NCBI RefSeq assembly: GCF_964188315.1
Contig: NC_135658.1
Coordinates: 63,488,001 to 63,552,000 of the forward strand
DNA from: Podarcis muralis
Lineage: Eukaryota
Length of the DNA: 64,000 bases
Direction: 5' to 3'
In this document: positions 48,721 through 63,135 of the stretch, piece after piece
Layout: each line of letters starts with the position of its first letter
Position numbering within the stretch: the stretch's first letter is position 1
Position numbers and translations under genes: made by a program
Notes under the pieces: generated by a model
What the model saw: the letters and a program-made list of their open reading frames with translations, nothing else
What the model was told of the DNA's origin: nothing
The model's database searches: none

Positions 48721-50778
48721 TAGTGAATTACTATATTTACTATACTATCATACTATATTCATATAGCAAAGGCTGGATGATCCACTAGATGCCCTCTAAG
48801 GATTCTTTCACCTCTATGATTCCAGATAGCATAGTCCTATCGGTGGCTGGTTGCAACAGACTGGAAAATCTGGTACAAATTCCATGATACATTTCTGAAT
48901 CCAGAGAGAGAAGGAACCACAAAGATGTAATGATGCAGGCATTTCCCACCCCAGCATCAACTTTTAATGGATTTAAGTGGGCCTCACACACATTTCAACA
49001 AAGCAGTGGGGGAAATGCTGTGTTCAAAACACTCCCAGAGGACTGCAAATATACAGGCAGGGAGCTTCAATCAGCTTATGGGCATTATGTTGTGCAGGCC
49101 TGCTTTAGGCTAATAAAAATCTGATTCTAGCAACTGCTAGACAATATTTTCTTAAAAGGTTTATATGAACATGGACAATATATTTCTTACTTTCAAGCAG
49201 AGGATTTAATTTACACATGGTAATGGCTGCATCTTGTTTGCCAGAAGCAAGAGAAATGAGCCAGAATTTAAGGCATGGCTCATTGATGCTCATGGCCAAT
49301 GGCAGCACAAAAGGAAAATGAAATAGCATATTGCCTGTGCATATAGGAACAAGCCAAGTTGAAATGATCGTAAATGTTTCCTGAAAGTTGGCCCCATCAT
49401 CTGTGCCTGTTGCTAGTGAATTTCTGCCGGCTTGGGAATTCCCAGATGAGGGATAACTTCTCTCAGTTAACCAGATCAAGAGATCTTCCTTGAGCAATTG
49501 TTGTCTCATTAACCCCAAAAGCTTACTGGCATGGGGACCAAAGATGCTGCATGTTCAATGGGAACTAAGTGCAAAATTGTTAAATATAAGAATCAAAGCT
49601 AAATTGATGGTTAGGATTAATGCATTGGTCAATTGACTGATCCATATAACAATAACACCCATATAACAATAATGAATTTATCACATTGTGGGCACAAGCA
49701 TTATAGAATTAAACTTATTCCTACTCAGTGTGTTGTATCATATTGCACACTTTGGCTATGGACCCACATCAATGTCTTACCACCCTGCCCCTCTGCTGCC
49801 AGCTCTGATGTCTCTGACATACAGCTCTTAAAACAGAGTGAAGGGATGGCATAAAAATAAGGATGGGGGAAGAAGGCAGGAAATTCTGTTTGTTATATCA
49901 GAGTACTGGAGATAGTAAGTTGCTACAACCAAGATGTGGACTAATCATGTGTGCACCACTCCAGACCAGACTGCAGTTTAGTAGTTAAGGCAAGTACAGT
50001 TTTAAACAGCAATTGTCACGGCAGGAAACCTAATCTGGATCAGGACCACAGTACACTTTTCCCTTTCCTGCTGCTGTTCTATCAAACGGCAGGTTCCTTC
50101 CCAAAACAGACAGTAACCATGGTAGTGTTGGTAGTGAGAATTTGAGTTAGCATTGTAGTAGGCAGAGGATGGAACAGTTAAAGCCCCACGTGTCACAGAC
50201 TCAATCTAGATCAGAGGTCTTCCCAGCAGTAACTTCTATTTTTCATTAAAGGTAAATAGAAATGCCATGATGCATTTAATATAACATGTAAGTTGGCCTG
50301 CCCACCAGCAAAAATCTTTAAATGAAGCAGGGAATCATATACCAGTGGTGGACCTTGGGATCTCAAATTTCAGCAGCACCCTTGTACCTCTCACCATCCG
50401 TTTTACCTCATAGTTGAGGTGCCCCCTGCTGCGCCCCCAAGGCTCCACACTCAGTGAGACCAAATCGTTCAGTCTCCCCTAAATCTGCCCCTGCATACAT
50501 ACTCATTTATATTACTGAAGTTCTGGTTAGGGCCATGAAATATACTTGGGAGTACTGCAGTGATTTCATGCTCTTTATTGCAGCTTGTAAAACAGTGATT
50601 AGATTTTCCCCAAAACTTCAGGCTTTTATATACATTATTTACACAATAAGTCCCCTTCTGATTGGCTGATTCTGCTTCCCTCCTGGAGTCTGATTGGTCT
50701 TCTCCTGCAGGCCAATCAGTTGTTGCATTCTAGGATCCTACCTGCCTATTGTTATAAGATCCAAGCTTAGTACATAAC

Positions 50779-51186
50779 AGGCTGGATTTAGGTTTGGTGA
50801 GACCCTAAGGCCTAAGCTACTGAAGGTAATGGGGCCCTTTATATGCCCAGCTGTCCTTTGTCAACAAGAAATTGTCGCTGTTTTTTGTGTTGAATATATG
50901 CTATATGGTAATTTATGGACCTAATGGGTATCTATTTGCACATAACAAAATATGTATTTTATCAAAGTAATTGTTGAACTGAAATACAATTAAGAAGAAA
51001 TATATTAATAGTGAAATGATTATTAATACATACTGTTGTTGTATGTAGGTTTGTTTTTGTTTTTTTTAATCTTATATTTTTGAAATGTACATCCAGCTGG
51101 TTTTTTCCCTTTAAATTTTTTTGGGGCCCCCAAGAGAGTGGGGCCCTAAGCTATAGCTTGTTTAGCTTATACATAAATCCAGGACT
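50779..51186. mobile_element. MITE with TIRs aggctggattta / taaatccaggact (possibly PIF/Harbinger-type)
   Basis: Imperfect TIRs, subterminal ggggccc motifs at both ends and an AT-rich core. The superfamily assignment is inference. Confidence 0.55.
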
Positions 51187-54100
51187 GGTTCTGGCACTGT
51201 TTAAACAGCATATTTTGTGGACTGGGCTGCTCCAAACGAATATACAGTACATATTACCATATTTCCTGACATTCTCAGACACAGTAGGAAGGAAAGGTCA
51301 GGCTGCTTTGAGCTTTATTGCTTCTGTTTTGTTTTTCTTTGTTTGTTTTTCTGCAGATTTTTTTTAATGCAATACCGTGTTGTGTTTTAATATAAGGGAA
51401 GTAGCATAATGATGGATAAGGGGTATAACTTTCTTTCCTTTGCTCCTAGGTCTAATTAGTGTGGCACAGTCTGAAACAATATTAGAAGCTTTGTTGTAAT
51501 TTAATAAGTGCAAACTCCAGGCCTGTACAGCTGTTTATTTATGTCAGACGCTGAAAGGGGCTCCCATATAGGGAAGAACAAGTATAAAATCATAAGCAAT
51601 TACAGAAAAAGTAATTTTGCATGCAGTGTTTGGTGAGAATAGGAAGCAGACATTGGTCTTCATATGGCTTTTTTTGTGTAACTTTGCATTATCTGTTCAC
51701 AATAGGAAATGCCTTTTTCTAGGTCCAGTGGTAAATGATTTATATATCCTGTCTCCATCCCGCGATCCCGAGTTACGTAAACTACCAACTAAGCCCTTAG
51801 ATGAACCAGCTGCTGAATATCATGTTAAAAGCCTCTTGTTGCATAATAAATAAATTAAGCCCCTCATTGTTTAGTTTAATGCACACAATTTCAAAATTGA
51901 ATAAAACATCTTTTGAAGTGTGAGTTACAGGATCCCATCTTAACCACGTAAAACTTCGGTAAAGCAACCCAAAGACCCAACTGTAGCTCTGATAAGGTCT
52001 TCAATGAAGTATGCTCAAAAGGTTTAGCATATACCATAAATCCTAAGAGGAAATGTCCCCTGTGAAGAGGGAATGATTGTTAGACCACTCTGGTGGAAGC
52101 AATAACTGGTTAAGGTGGCATCACAGTGCATTAACTGGATGGTGCGAATGTTGCCATGGTCTCTCATGCCAGTATTGATCTAATACAGATTGGTACTAAT
52201 CTTAAGGAAATGTTAAACAGTCATTGTTTTGCTCTGCAGATTTTGTTAGCAAAATGTTCAGCTGCTCAGACATTCATATATGAGGAGGCTTCTTGCTAGC
52301 TCTTCCATCACACTTGTCAGAGCTGTATCACAAGCCCATTGTTCAGCATAATATCAAAGGCTCTTGAACCATTAAACTGAATACAATTTTGCCAGGGCAG
52401 TGAGGAAACAGAATTCCTCACAAATCATTTTTGTTTAGCACTCTGAAATTCCCTCTCTCATATTCATTCTCTCACATTCTTAGCATCATTCACCTATGGA
52501 ATGTAGGTAACATGTCACATCTAGGTCCTGTCACAAATAAAGCTGAGAAATGAAATCTTGGATGCATAGAACCACCAGGGTTTAGTTAAACTAATAAAAT
52601 CATAATTAAAATGTTGTTATGTAACTAATCCCAGAGGATCCCATCCTGCGTGATTAATAATTCAGAGATTGAAGCATATTTAAAAGCTCTTAGGACTGTG
52701 CAATCAAAGACGCTTGATTTATTACTTCTTTGTGTACATCTTTTATTTATTTTTCAAATGGTTCCATACCCTATTTTTTAAAAAACTTGCTGTCAGTCTT
52801 GTCTTGTCTGGATAGTTCTGAAAGCTGTATAATGGACATTGGTGACAGGGTCATTTATCTATTTGATTCTAAATGTGCTGCTTTAAGATGTGACTAAGAG
52901 CCATTGCAACTTCAATTTAATGCATTTGTGGCAAAGAAGCAAAACTATGCCGTTTTGATACTGTGAATTTTAATATTTTGAGGCGAAAACGCCCATCACC
53001 ATAAGGAAGCTATGAAGGGAAGCAAGGCTAATGCATTGGCTCTGGTGAGAGACCAGCTGCCTTTGGCTCTTCGTCTACCACCACTTGGTGGCATCCATTC
53101 CATCAGGCGACTGAGCAGAGCCCAAGAAGCAGAGCGATTCTGTTGAAAGACCAGCTGCCTTCTGGCCTCCCCCAACTGTTAGCCAGCAGCAGCCATTCCA
53201 GCAGGCTACCTGAATTGCTTCAATCCCACCTGGGCTTTATAAGAACTGTAAATTTAGGGGCTCTCCATTCCAGTTATGCTGTCTCTTTTAGATTATTGAG
53301 GGCAGAGACTACCTTGTTTTTTTTATTGATCTGTAAGCAACTGAGATCCTTTCTGGCTGAAGAGCTGGGTTAAAAGAACTTTATACAAATAAATTTGCTA
53401 CACATCTATTCACATAGCATCCTTAGAAGTAGTATCATCTAGTACAGGGTTTCCCAAAGTTTTGATATATGAAGCATGACATTGCTGTCATTTCAGCACC
53501 AATTGAAGGCATTTGTGTTTACTCAAGCATTTTAGGTTCTTTTTAATGGGCAACTATTTTAGGCTTCTCAGTTTAGTTACTGTTTTTTACTGCCTCCTGT
53601 ATTTTCATGAATTTGTTTACTGCTTTATTGACTTGATTGCTTTTAATTTATTTTATGTCATACTCCATCCTGGTACTGGTGGAAGATGGGTAGATCAGAG
53701 CTTTCCAAACTGTTCTTGTTGGTAACACACTTTTTACACATGCATTATTTCACGACACAGTAATTCAGTTTTGCTAGTAAACTGGAGGTTAAACAAAACT
53801 TTTTCCAGCCCCAGAAGGAGCGCTGGGAGCGTTCATGTGACACACCTACGCACTGCAGCCAACACACTAACATGTTGCGACACACAGTTTGGAAAGCTCT
53901 GGAGTAGATTGATATTACATTTATTATGTTATATGTTTATAATCTACAATATCCACAATCCAAACAAACAAAAACAGCATTAAAACACCAAAAAACAAGA
54001 CACACCTATCCTGCTAAGCAGATATGACCTGCCTTCCATTGGCCACTTTTTGCAGATGAGTAGGCTCACTCACCTGTCAGTCACCAGATAACATGTCACT

Positions 54101-57100
54101 TAAATTTCAGTTTAAATTTGGTCCTTGCAGTTTTAATTTAAGTCAGTACTGCAAAGGATGACTTTTTGCAACCACATGTTGAATTCAAGCCACAACTGCA
54201 AAGATTCCTGCTAAAAGCCGGGCTTGCAGCTGGCATAAATTCAGCACCAACTGCAAGCCCCTCTTCCTGAAGGAATTACTTCCAAACAGGAGCTCAGTGT
54301 GGAAGCTCCATGGGAAATCAACCCCCAATTTGCCCCTCAAGCTTGAGATCTCGCTTCTTCTTCTTCTATTATTATCCATCTATTCATCTGTCTTCTCAAT
54401 CAGTTCCCACAGACATGATTATCTCCACTATACTGCTCCTGAACGAGTAATCATGTAGGAAGAATAATTAAATAGGAATCTCAAGGAACTTGTGAATACC
54501 ATAACTGGCCAAAGGAAAGCAATCCAGTATTAAAGGGTATTATCAGGTGTTTCATCCAAATAATCAAAGATGATTCATAACTCATGAATCTTTTATACTT
54601 CTTATCAGTATAATGACATTAACAACTACTCCTAAAGAAGATGGATGGGTAGATGGCTAGATAGATAGATTGTAGGTAGGTAGACAGATAACACACCCAC
54701 AAAGTGATTAAAATATATTACATTACAATGCGTTACTGCAGTGTCACATCTGTTCTGGAATGTGGACTTTGTTTTCAACTCTAAACAGCTTAATGTTATA
54801 ATAAAATAAAGAGACTGATGTTCAAACACATGCAGATACACATTAGCTTCTTAATTTTATTATAACATTAAGCTATTTGAGTTCGGGCAAATGCAAAATA
54901 GATGTGCTACTGCTGTAATACTAATGATTGTTCTCAAGGCTTCACTTAAATTAACTTAAATTTTTACAGAGAAGAATGAGCTTCTTTGAATAGAAGATAT
55001 ATATATAGGTAGTCATACATCTCTGTTGCATCAATAGGCAAAAAGCCTAAGCCTAAAAACATTATGTGGCAGCAAGGTACATTGAAATCAAAAGGACCTG
55101 TATCTGCGTAATTAAATGGGGGGGTGCAATGCTTGTGTCTGCAACTTATTAAATGAAAAATTAAAGTTTTACATCAAGAGCTTGGTCAAAATGTGAAAAG
55201 TTAGCTTAATAACTCAAACTGAAACTATGAGTGTAAATGTGTCACTTTTGCCAACACTTTGTGTTTCTGTTCTTCTCTTTGGAATATAAATAGATACGCA
55301 TTGTTTGTTTCTAATTGTTACTAGATGCCATTCATATATGTATGGGATGTATTTATAATAATTTACAACTATTTTTTTTATCCCAATCTTTTTATCACAC
55401 CTTCAGTTTGTTGGAATTTGTTTCCTTTTTTTGCACTGCTTATCACCAATGTGACCCTTTGTGGATTAGTTGCATTTCTCATTACAAACAATAGATATCA
55501 GCATGATATACAGTAATTGCACCCTGCAGCCAATCAGATTTTGTTCATGGCACAAACTGAGGGCAAGCAAAGCTAATTCAGACTTGAGAGCAAAGCCTCT
55601 GGATCAGACACATCAATGATCCCAAACAATCAGGGATCGTATATTGAAGGGGATGGTACATGATCTTCTATATCAACTCAGATTTGTCAGAAATAAATGA
55701 CATCACTGAAGGCAAATAAAGTAAAAGAGTGAAGGCAATGCTTCCTTATAATAGATAAACACTTTTGAATTTGAACTGTACTTTAACAGCCCTTTGGCAA
55801 CAAGAAATCACTGAAAGAGGTGGAAGGGACTTAGAAGGTTTGATGCAGCTGCTAGGCTAGCTTTGTGGCAATTCAGCCACTGTTGCTTACTACCAGGGGG
55901 AGATGGAACGCAGTGCACTGCAAACACACCAGCCTAGCTAATTTGGCATTCTTGCTGTTGTATTTGCACTGTACCAACAGCAGCCCACATGGATAGCTGC
56001 TTCTGGAAAGAGGGAGACATTTTAACCCTGCTGAAAATGTTTATGAAAGACAATGACTATTTTAATCTCAACCATTAAATAATAATATTCATCATCATTC
56101 TAACCCAATACTAGTTTTTGCATGAAGACATGATTTTGATCTGTGGCAGGATTGTGATTCGGGGATCAGTAAACTTCACCTGATAGCTATTTTGGGGAGA
56201 TAAATTTTAACATCTGCCAGATTCATTATCTTTTTGTCCACATTTCCCATCCATAACATGGAAATGAGAGTGACCTATTTCACTGAATCTTTCTGAGAAT
56301 TAACCAGCAGAAACCGGTCTGGTGATTAAAAATGCCAAATGCATGGCAAAAGATAGTAAGATGGAAACAATGACATTGTTTATCATCTACAGAAACACAA
56401 TGCGCTCTTTCCCTTCAGGATAACAAGCCTCAAGGTAAAAGACTGAAAACACATTAAGCAATAAGTCAATCATGATTTAATTTTTTGTTGTTTAACTTCA
56501 ATACCATAATGCCCGCAGAAGATGAGACATTATAGACACATGAAGCTTCAGCATATACCACTAATTTTCAGCTTGATGTATTGACATCACACAATTTTTT
56601 CCAGACATATAGTCAACTATCAATCAATCCTTTTCCAGAGACTCCTAGAACATATGCAAAAACTTCAATTTGTAAAATAATTTGGCCCTTGGTTAGATTT
56701 TCTTCTCTAGGGAGTTGAAAACATGATCCTCTGACACTCTTTTCAAACGTTTGAACTCTGATAACCCATTGCAATTATCTCTGTGATTAAAAAAAAAAGG
56801 AGAAGCAGAGCTTGCTTCCGAACTACAAGAAACATCATTGAAATCCCCTCCATAGCTCATGACATGAAGTCTCCAAAGACCCTCTTCTACGTGCAAGAGC
56901 ACCTTATATATGCCATGGTGTCAGCAACACGAAGCACACTGAGAGCCAAACTCTAATGAGATAACCTTGCCTACTTGAACATTTCCGTTTTAGTAGGGTC
57001 ATATCTTTAACTGCGGCAGCTTTTAGCAAGCTTGAAAAAAATACATTTAATTTAAAAACACGTGGTGGGATAATGGGTGTGCAGGAAGATACTGAGAGCC

Positions 57101-57421
57101 AAATGAGGCTATGAACTGTCATGTATGGGTTGTCCCTTATGTTCTGTATTGCCTCACATTTAGATGACTGGAGGAAAATCATGCAATATATATTTCAACT
57201 GCGTCAGACCAACACGGCTACCTACCTGGATACAGATAGATATGTATAAGATGTATCTTCCTGCCCCCTTTGCATCCTCTCCTGTACTCCTTTTGCTTTA
57301 TCAATCCTCTTATCAATTTATGAGTTTAAATCTACATGTGAAGTCTACTTGAGGCAAACATGCATTTCAGTGTTTTGGAGGCTGCTCCATAGGAACAGAT
57401 TATCTGCCTTTGGAAATTCGC

Positions 57422-57556
57422 CAGAATGGGGTAGCCAACATGGTGCCCTCCAAACATGGACAGACTTTCACTCCCATCAGCACCAGCCAGCAAGGCCAGT
57501 GTCCAAGTATTACTGAAGTTGTGGTCCAACAGCATCAAGAGGGCATCACATCACCA
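57422..57556. mobile_element. Diverged palindromic MITE related to 6426-6561
   Basis: ggggtagccaacatggtgccctcca...ctcccatcagc...gaagttgtggtccaacagcatcaagagggcatcac. Confidence 0.65.
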
Positions 57557-58079
57557 CTTTTCTGAATGGTTGATAGAATTCTAACATATATAAAAGTGTT
57601 GGGTGAGAAGATGTTTGCTCACATTATTCACTGGGTCACTACAGGAGCAGCAGAAGGCTATTTGCTTACTTCATAGTAGCTTGGCGGAAGCTTCCTTTCC
57701 TCTCTCAGAGTTAGTGATGCTAACTTTCAGAAATTGGAAGAGTTGGAATTTGAATTATCATCTGTTGAAGTACAACTATTGTGTTGACCGTGGCCGGTAA
57801 GTTGAAGTCCAACACCTGGGAAGAAACACACTGATTACCCCTGCCTTAAATGTACTTAGTTACAGTACATGCATTTCTGATGTGAAATACACAATAAAAA
57901 ATTGGTGTTATAAATGGATGCCATCAATAAGGAAACTGAAAATATTTCACCTTAACATATTCTTCTTCTTAAAAATAATTCAGGTGTTTTTTTAAATGGC
58001 AAAGGGAACAGGACTGCTGATGAAAAATGGGTGGGGCACCTGTCACTTTCAGGTTTACAAAAAGTAGGCCTCTATTCTT

Positions 58080-58440
58080 CTGAGAATCTTTTAGGTACCC
58101 TGCTCCCAAGCTGTATATGGCTTTGTGCACCAATACTAGAAGAGTGAGCCTGGCCCAGGAGCTAATTGGCAACCACTGAAATTCTTTCAGCAGTGGCATA
58201 ATTGTGATGATGATATTCTGCTCCAGTGAGCAGTCAAGCCTCCACATTTTGTACTGGCTGCAGCTTTGGGCTAGCTTCAAGAGCAGTACTGCATAAAGTG
58301 CACTACAGTAATCTAATTTGGACGTAACCAACACAGGATGACAATGGTCAAGCTATCATATATGGAAATGGCTATAGCTGTCTTACCAACTGAAGCTGGT
58401 AAAAGGCACTCCTAGCCAATAAGGTAACCTTGGCCTCCAA
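58080..58440 (-). mobile_element. L2 ORF2 C-terminal fragment
   Basis: ORF 57969-58334 contains LVTSKLDYCSALY and PLLKEFQWLPISSWARLTLLVLVHKAIYSLGAGYLKD, typical of the L2 C-terminus. Confidence 0.85.
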
Positions 58441-58893
58441 CAACAAATATATGCCTATTATTACTTTTGGTATCAACCCAAAATGAATTCTTGGTACATG
58501 AATATATACATTATTGAGCTACTGTAGAGATCTATTTAACACTTACTGCTGCAAAATGTCTTCTTGCACCACATGTTGTATTTTAAGAAATGCCGACTAG
58601 AAGAAGAAACCTGTTTGTAGTTGACCACAAAACACTGAGGAAAAGGAGTGGGGAGATCTCTTCGTAACTCCCTCTTCAAGTAAATTGAATGAAATTTGAC
58701 TCTCCTGTAACAAATAATTTATAATGCTTGTTACAGCCCATCACAAATATTTGAAATCTATGTAGGACTTCCTTCCAAGAATCAAACTAGTCATCTCGTA
58801 GAGCTCTCAGAAGAAATTGCCTTTGAAATTCATATATCTCATATAACAGTAGGTCTAATAACAAGTTGGGGAAAGATCCGGACAGCAAAGTAG

Positions 58894-58894
<1 letters not shown>

Positions 58895-58930
<36 letters not shown>
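58895..58930. repeat. (TG)n microsatellite
   Basis: Direct reading. Confidence 0.95.
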
Positions 58931-58931
<1 letters not shown>

Positions 58932-59876
58932 TGTGTTTAGAGGTAAGGAAATTCTATAAAGAGAGTTTTTTACTATGAAGGAAGCCTTGTTCTTTCTTTC
59001 CAGCAACAGTGATTTACCACACATCAAGTGTCATGATGCGAAAGGAAAGTTTGGCTTAGTGTTGTTGACACATTGAACTTTTGGAAGAAGACAAGGTTTG
59101 AAGATACTACAGAGTCTGAAGCTCTAGGGATGAGTTCATACATCTCTAAGATAATGCTCAAGTACAATAAAATTATCTCTTCTCAGAAGAACCCGTATTT
59201 CAGCACTTTCCTCTGATGCCTGTCTGTCATTCTTTGAAGCTGTGCACTTCCCTCCACTCAAGTGCACAATGTGTCATTTGTCTTGCTCTCAATTTGGGTG
59301 TGTTTTGCCTCCAACCACCCTTCATTCACTTCCATGGAGTGAGCTGCTTTGTGTATGCATCTCTCTATGTGTGTCAAGCTGTCATCTGAAGTAAATAAAA
59401 GAAAAGAAAGAAAGACTTTGAGGCCTAGGATGCTGTGTGGGTATGTCACAGTTTTCATATCTACCTCGATTAAATGGATAACTCCTCTCCTCATAACCTC
59501 AAACATGCCATGTCACAATGGAGTCTGAAGACCTTCTGGGTTACTTTTTACGCACACTTTTTATGTAGCTCTTTTGTTTTAAGACAGAGTTAGGCCACTA
59601 AATCAAAGAAGAGGAAATGGAGACAGCTTGTGAGAAAAGAGGCAGATCAAAGAACAGGATATGAAGAGGCAGGAGGTTTAAGCCCCACGTTGGGCAAAAG
59701 ATTCCTACATTGCAGGGGTTTGGACTAACTGGTGCTCAGGGCCCTTTTATTATTTTTCTAATTGGAGGACTTAATAGATTGCTATGTATGCATCTATTTT
59801 ACTATCAAAACCCACTTTTGGAGGTAGAGAGAACCACCTGGAAGCTACTAGCTCAGCACTGAAACTAATCCATGTA

Positions 59877-60102
59877 CAGTGGTACCTCAGGTTAAGTACT
59901 TAATTCGTTCCGGAGGTCCGTTCTTAACCTGAAACTGTTCTTAACCTGAAGCACCACTTTAGCTAATGGGGCCTCCCACTGCTGCTGTGCGGCTGGAGCA
60001 CAATTTCTGTTCTCATCTTGAAGCAAAGTTCTTAACCCGAGGTACTATTTCTGGGTTAGCGGAGTCTGTAACCTGAAGCATATGTAACCCGAGGTACCAC
60101 TG
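59877..60102 (-). mobile_element. Tc1/mariner-type MITE, copy 4
   Basis: Same family as 14534-14748. TA at 59875-59876 and 60103-60104. Confidence 0.92.
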
Positions 60103-61291
60103 TATACTTCTTTAATGATATCTGGAAGCCATTTAAAACAAAGTCCTTAAGATATATATTTGGGGGAGGGGAAGCAGGAAGGGGAAATGTACTGACAGCA
60201 ACTCTGAAACAGCTTTATGAACTTACATAATTTTAATAATAAATCTCTTATTTCCCTGTTTCAATTGGCTTATCAAAATAGGAAGTATATTAACATCACT
60301 GCAAAGTGGGTGCAGAGAAAACATATTTTAATACCCTGAAGGGGAGTGAAATAGAGACTTGGAATATTTCATATTTGAATAAAGATTACTATGACAGCTT
60401 AAGCAGGAGATAGGTGAAATCAAATTTTTATTGCCTAGGGCAATAGAATGTTCAAGGCACTCAGTAGAATCCTACAGAAAGGATGTATCACTGCTTAAGC
60501 ATTATGACTATGTATTGCCTTAGCAGTGTGTTGGCATGGTACTACCTGTGGCTTTATAGTTTCCGAGTGAGCAATGTGGTGTGATCTGTTAGAAGTAGTG
60601 CTGTGCCAAAAAAAACCCTCCTGTGCTTTTTTTTTACCATTCTCCATCAATTAAAAAGAAAAGAAATTACTTTCAAAAATTATGAATAGGAGAAAATGTC
60701 AGCGACATTGTCACAGTTGGGCTGTGGCACTTTTTGCTGTGCTTGCCTTTTGAGGCGGCCATGGGGTTTGGTGAGTGTCCTTTCATTCTACACATCTCAA
60801 GCAGTCTGCATTTGGCAGCCTTCTTGGGTGCCTGTGCTTCCCAAAAACCTTATGACGGCCGCAACTGGGCTTTTCTGTAAGTGCAAGAAGCCAAGGAGGC
60901 TGTCTACACCAAGCTCTTGACAGCTGCACATTGCAGTTTATTTATTTGTCACAGTTTTTAAAGTTTTTTTTTGTTTGTTTGTTTGTTTTGGAAAGCAATC
61001 AGTATGGACTTTAAGGGGGGGGATGTAAAGGGAAGGAATTCCTTTAAGAGCAAAATGAGTGAATGCATCAGTCTCAGGCACTTAATAGACACTGTCCTCC
61101 ATTAAAAATGCTTCCCTTAAAGTCCAGAGGAATACATAATGAGGATAATCGTATCATAGGTGTGTGCTTTTTTCCAATCAGGAAGCTCAGGCAAGCTGGA
61201 AGGCTGCATAGCACTAGAAATAAATGTTTAATAGAAAGAAAAGAAACACACACACCACCCACAGCCACCTTCCAATGATAAGCTGAACCCA

Positions 61292-61510
61292 GAGAGCCAA
61301 TGTGGTGTGGTGCTTGGAGCGTTGGACTAGGACCTGGCAGACCAAATTCTCATTGTATGACCATGGGCCAGTCATGTGGTGCTAAGCAGGAAAGGAGAAG
61401 AACCACGTCCACTGGCTTGAGCCTCTTGGCAAGTTGTTGGCATCTGTCTGTCTCAAGAGACAATAGAGTGTACTGCCAGGAGTTAAGTCAAACCTCTGGA
61501 GAATCACAGC
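61292..61510 (+). mobile_element. Degraded tRNA-derived SINE
   Basis: gagagccaatgtggtgtggtgcttggagcgttggactaggacc is a tRNA-like head, homologous to the reverse complement of 2400-2450. Confidence 0.6.
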
Positions 61511-63111
61511 TCCTGCTGTGGCTGCAGAGACCAGTAACTCATAACAACTGCCTCCCATGTTGTTTTCACTGCATTAGTAGCACTGAAGTGACCTCTCCAG
61601 GGTGCACACCTGGGTAGTGTGTAGGAAGGTCCTGGGCTGCACAGATGACAAGAAACCCCTCTTGGCTTCACTGGTCCAAAGGAAAGCAGAGCAATACATT
61701 TGGCACCAGCTTGGTTGCTGAAGTTGCCAGAAAGAAGCATACAAGACAACATCCAACGTCTTGGGACTCCATTCTGGATTTGTGTAGTGTTTGCTCCTTA
61801 GCCTTTTCTCCTTCCAATGATGTCACACAAATCAGTGGGATATGGATTTACTCCTGAAGCCTTGCTCACAGATGAGTATAACCAAAAAGCAGTGGAGGTT
61901 TTAGGATCAGGTTTTTCCTTCTCCTAGTTGGGCTACCTTCTCAAGTGAACAAGCCCCACCTGCTCCCCATTTTCCTCTACAGCACATGCAGTAACTGCCT
62001 TCTTGACCATTAGACCCACTACTAGTCTCATCAGCTCAACCCACCAGAGCTTTACAGGATAGAAATGTAGTAAATAAATAAACCCCATACCCACCAAAAT
62101 TCTAATTAAATTCTAAAATGACCTACCGATGAAGCAGAAAAACAGAAAATTCTTTCACGGGGAAGAATGTTTTAGAGACACTGGAGGGCAAGTTTTGGCA
62201 CTGCCTCTGTTAGAGGTGTTTGCCTTTGAACTCCTATAGAGTTAAATTCAGAGATAACTGTGTCCCACTAGTTCTCTCCATTCCACCAGGTTTCCATTAT
62301 GCCCACTACATCAGTGCTGTTCTCTAAGACAAAACACTCCAGCTTGGCTCAGAGGCTTCTAGCATTAGCATGTAAACACATATGCCATGTCTCTCTCCAA
62401 CTATCTTTGGCACTGATCCAATAATTCAATCCTGATTCAATAATTCTGGCAGCCATAACAAAAATCAACAAGCTTTCAGTGAATCTAACCAGAAATTCAT
62501 TCTGGATTTGTATGCTTTCATTGTTGTCTCAGTGACTTGTATTATGTGCCCATGCAATACAAGCAACAGAAACACTTTAAATCCTGGTGCATCTCACAAT
62601 ATTTGATTGTTCTAGGCCAAATTATCTCCTGTTACTTCTAAACCTAGGCAAAGTGTTTTTATAGGTTTAAGAAAACAGACTCCATGATGCAATGGCTTAG
62701 GTGTATTGAAGGCATAAAGTGATACTGCCTCAAGGCTACAACCAATGAAGCATTGCATCCTCAAACTGAACATCAATACAAAACCGTATCAGTCTGTACC
62801 TAAACTGAGCAATAGACAATACTAAAGAAATGACAATGCAAATGCAATTACCCAAACTTTGAATAGGCAGAAGGATTATCCTCTGAAATTCACTGCTTGG
62901 GGTTCAGAAAATTGAATTGGAAATGAAATTCCACCTGCAGCTTCTTCACATCCCCAAAATAGATTGTGGAACACAAAGGATTTGAGATATTAATTGATAT
63001 TATGAAATGCTTAATTGTGCTGAGATTAGGCTTTCCAGAATTCCCACTCCTCTACTTTATAGAATTCCCACTCCTACATCTCATTTAGGGGGAAAGGTTA
63101 CAAATCTACTT

Positions 63112-63135
63112 GAGTGTGTGTGTGTGTGTGTGTGT
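63112..63135. repeat. (TG)n microsatellite
   Basis: Direct reading. Confidence 0.9.

Noticed and set aside
49105-49518. 137-aa minus-strand ORF
   Set aside because: No recognisable homology or splice signals. Length alone is not evidence in 64 kb.
51430-51500. Strong acceptor at 51449 giving GLISVAQSETILEALL*
   Set aside because: Isolated acceptor with no donor, no recognised peptide and no supporting upstream exon. Similar orphan acceptors (40161, 57163, 59003, 59386) were set aside for the same reason.
55981-56080. FWKEGDILTLL resembling an SH3 motif
   Set aside because: It lacks the ALYDY and WW elements and runs into a stop. Probably chance.
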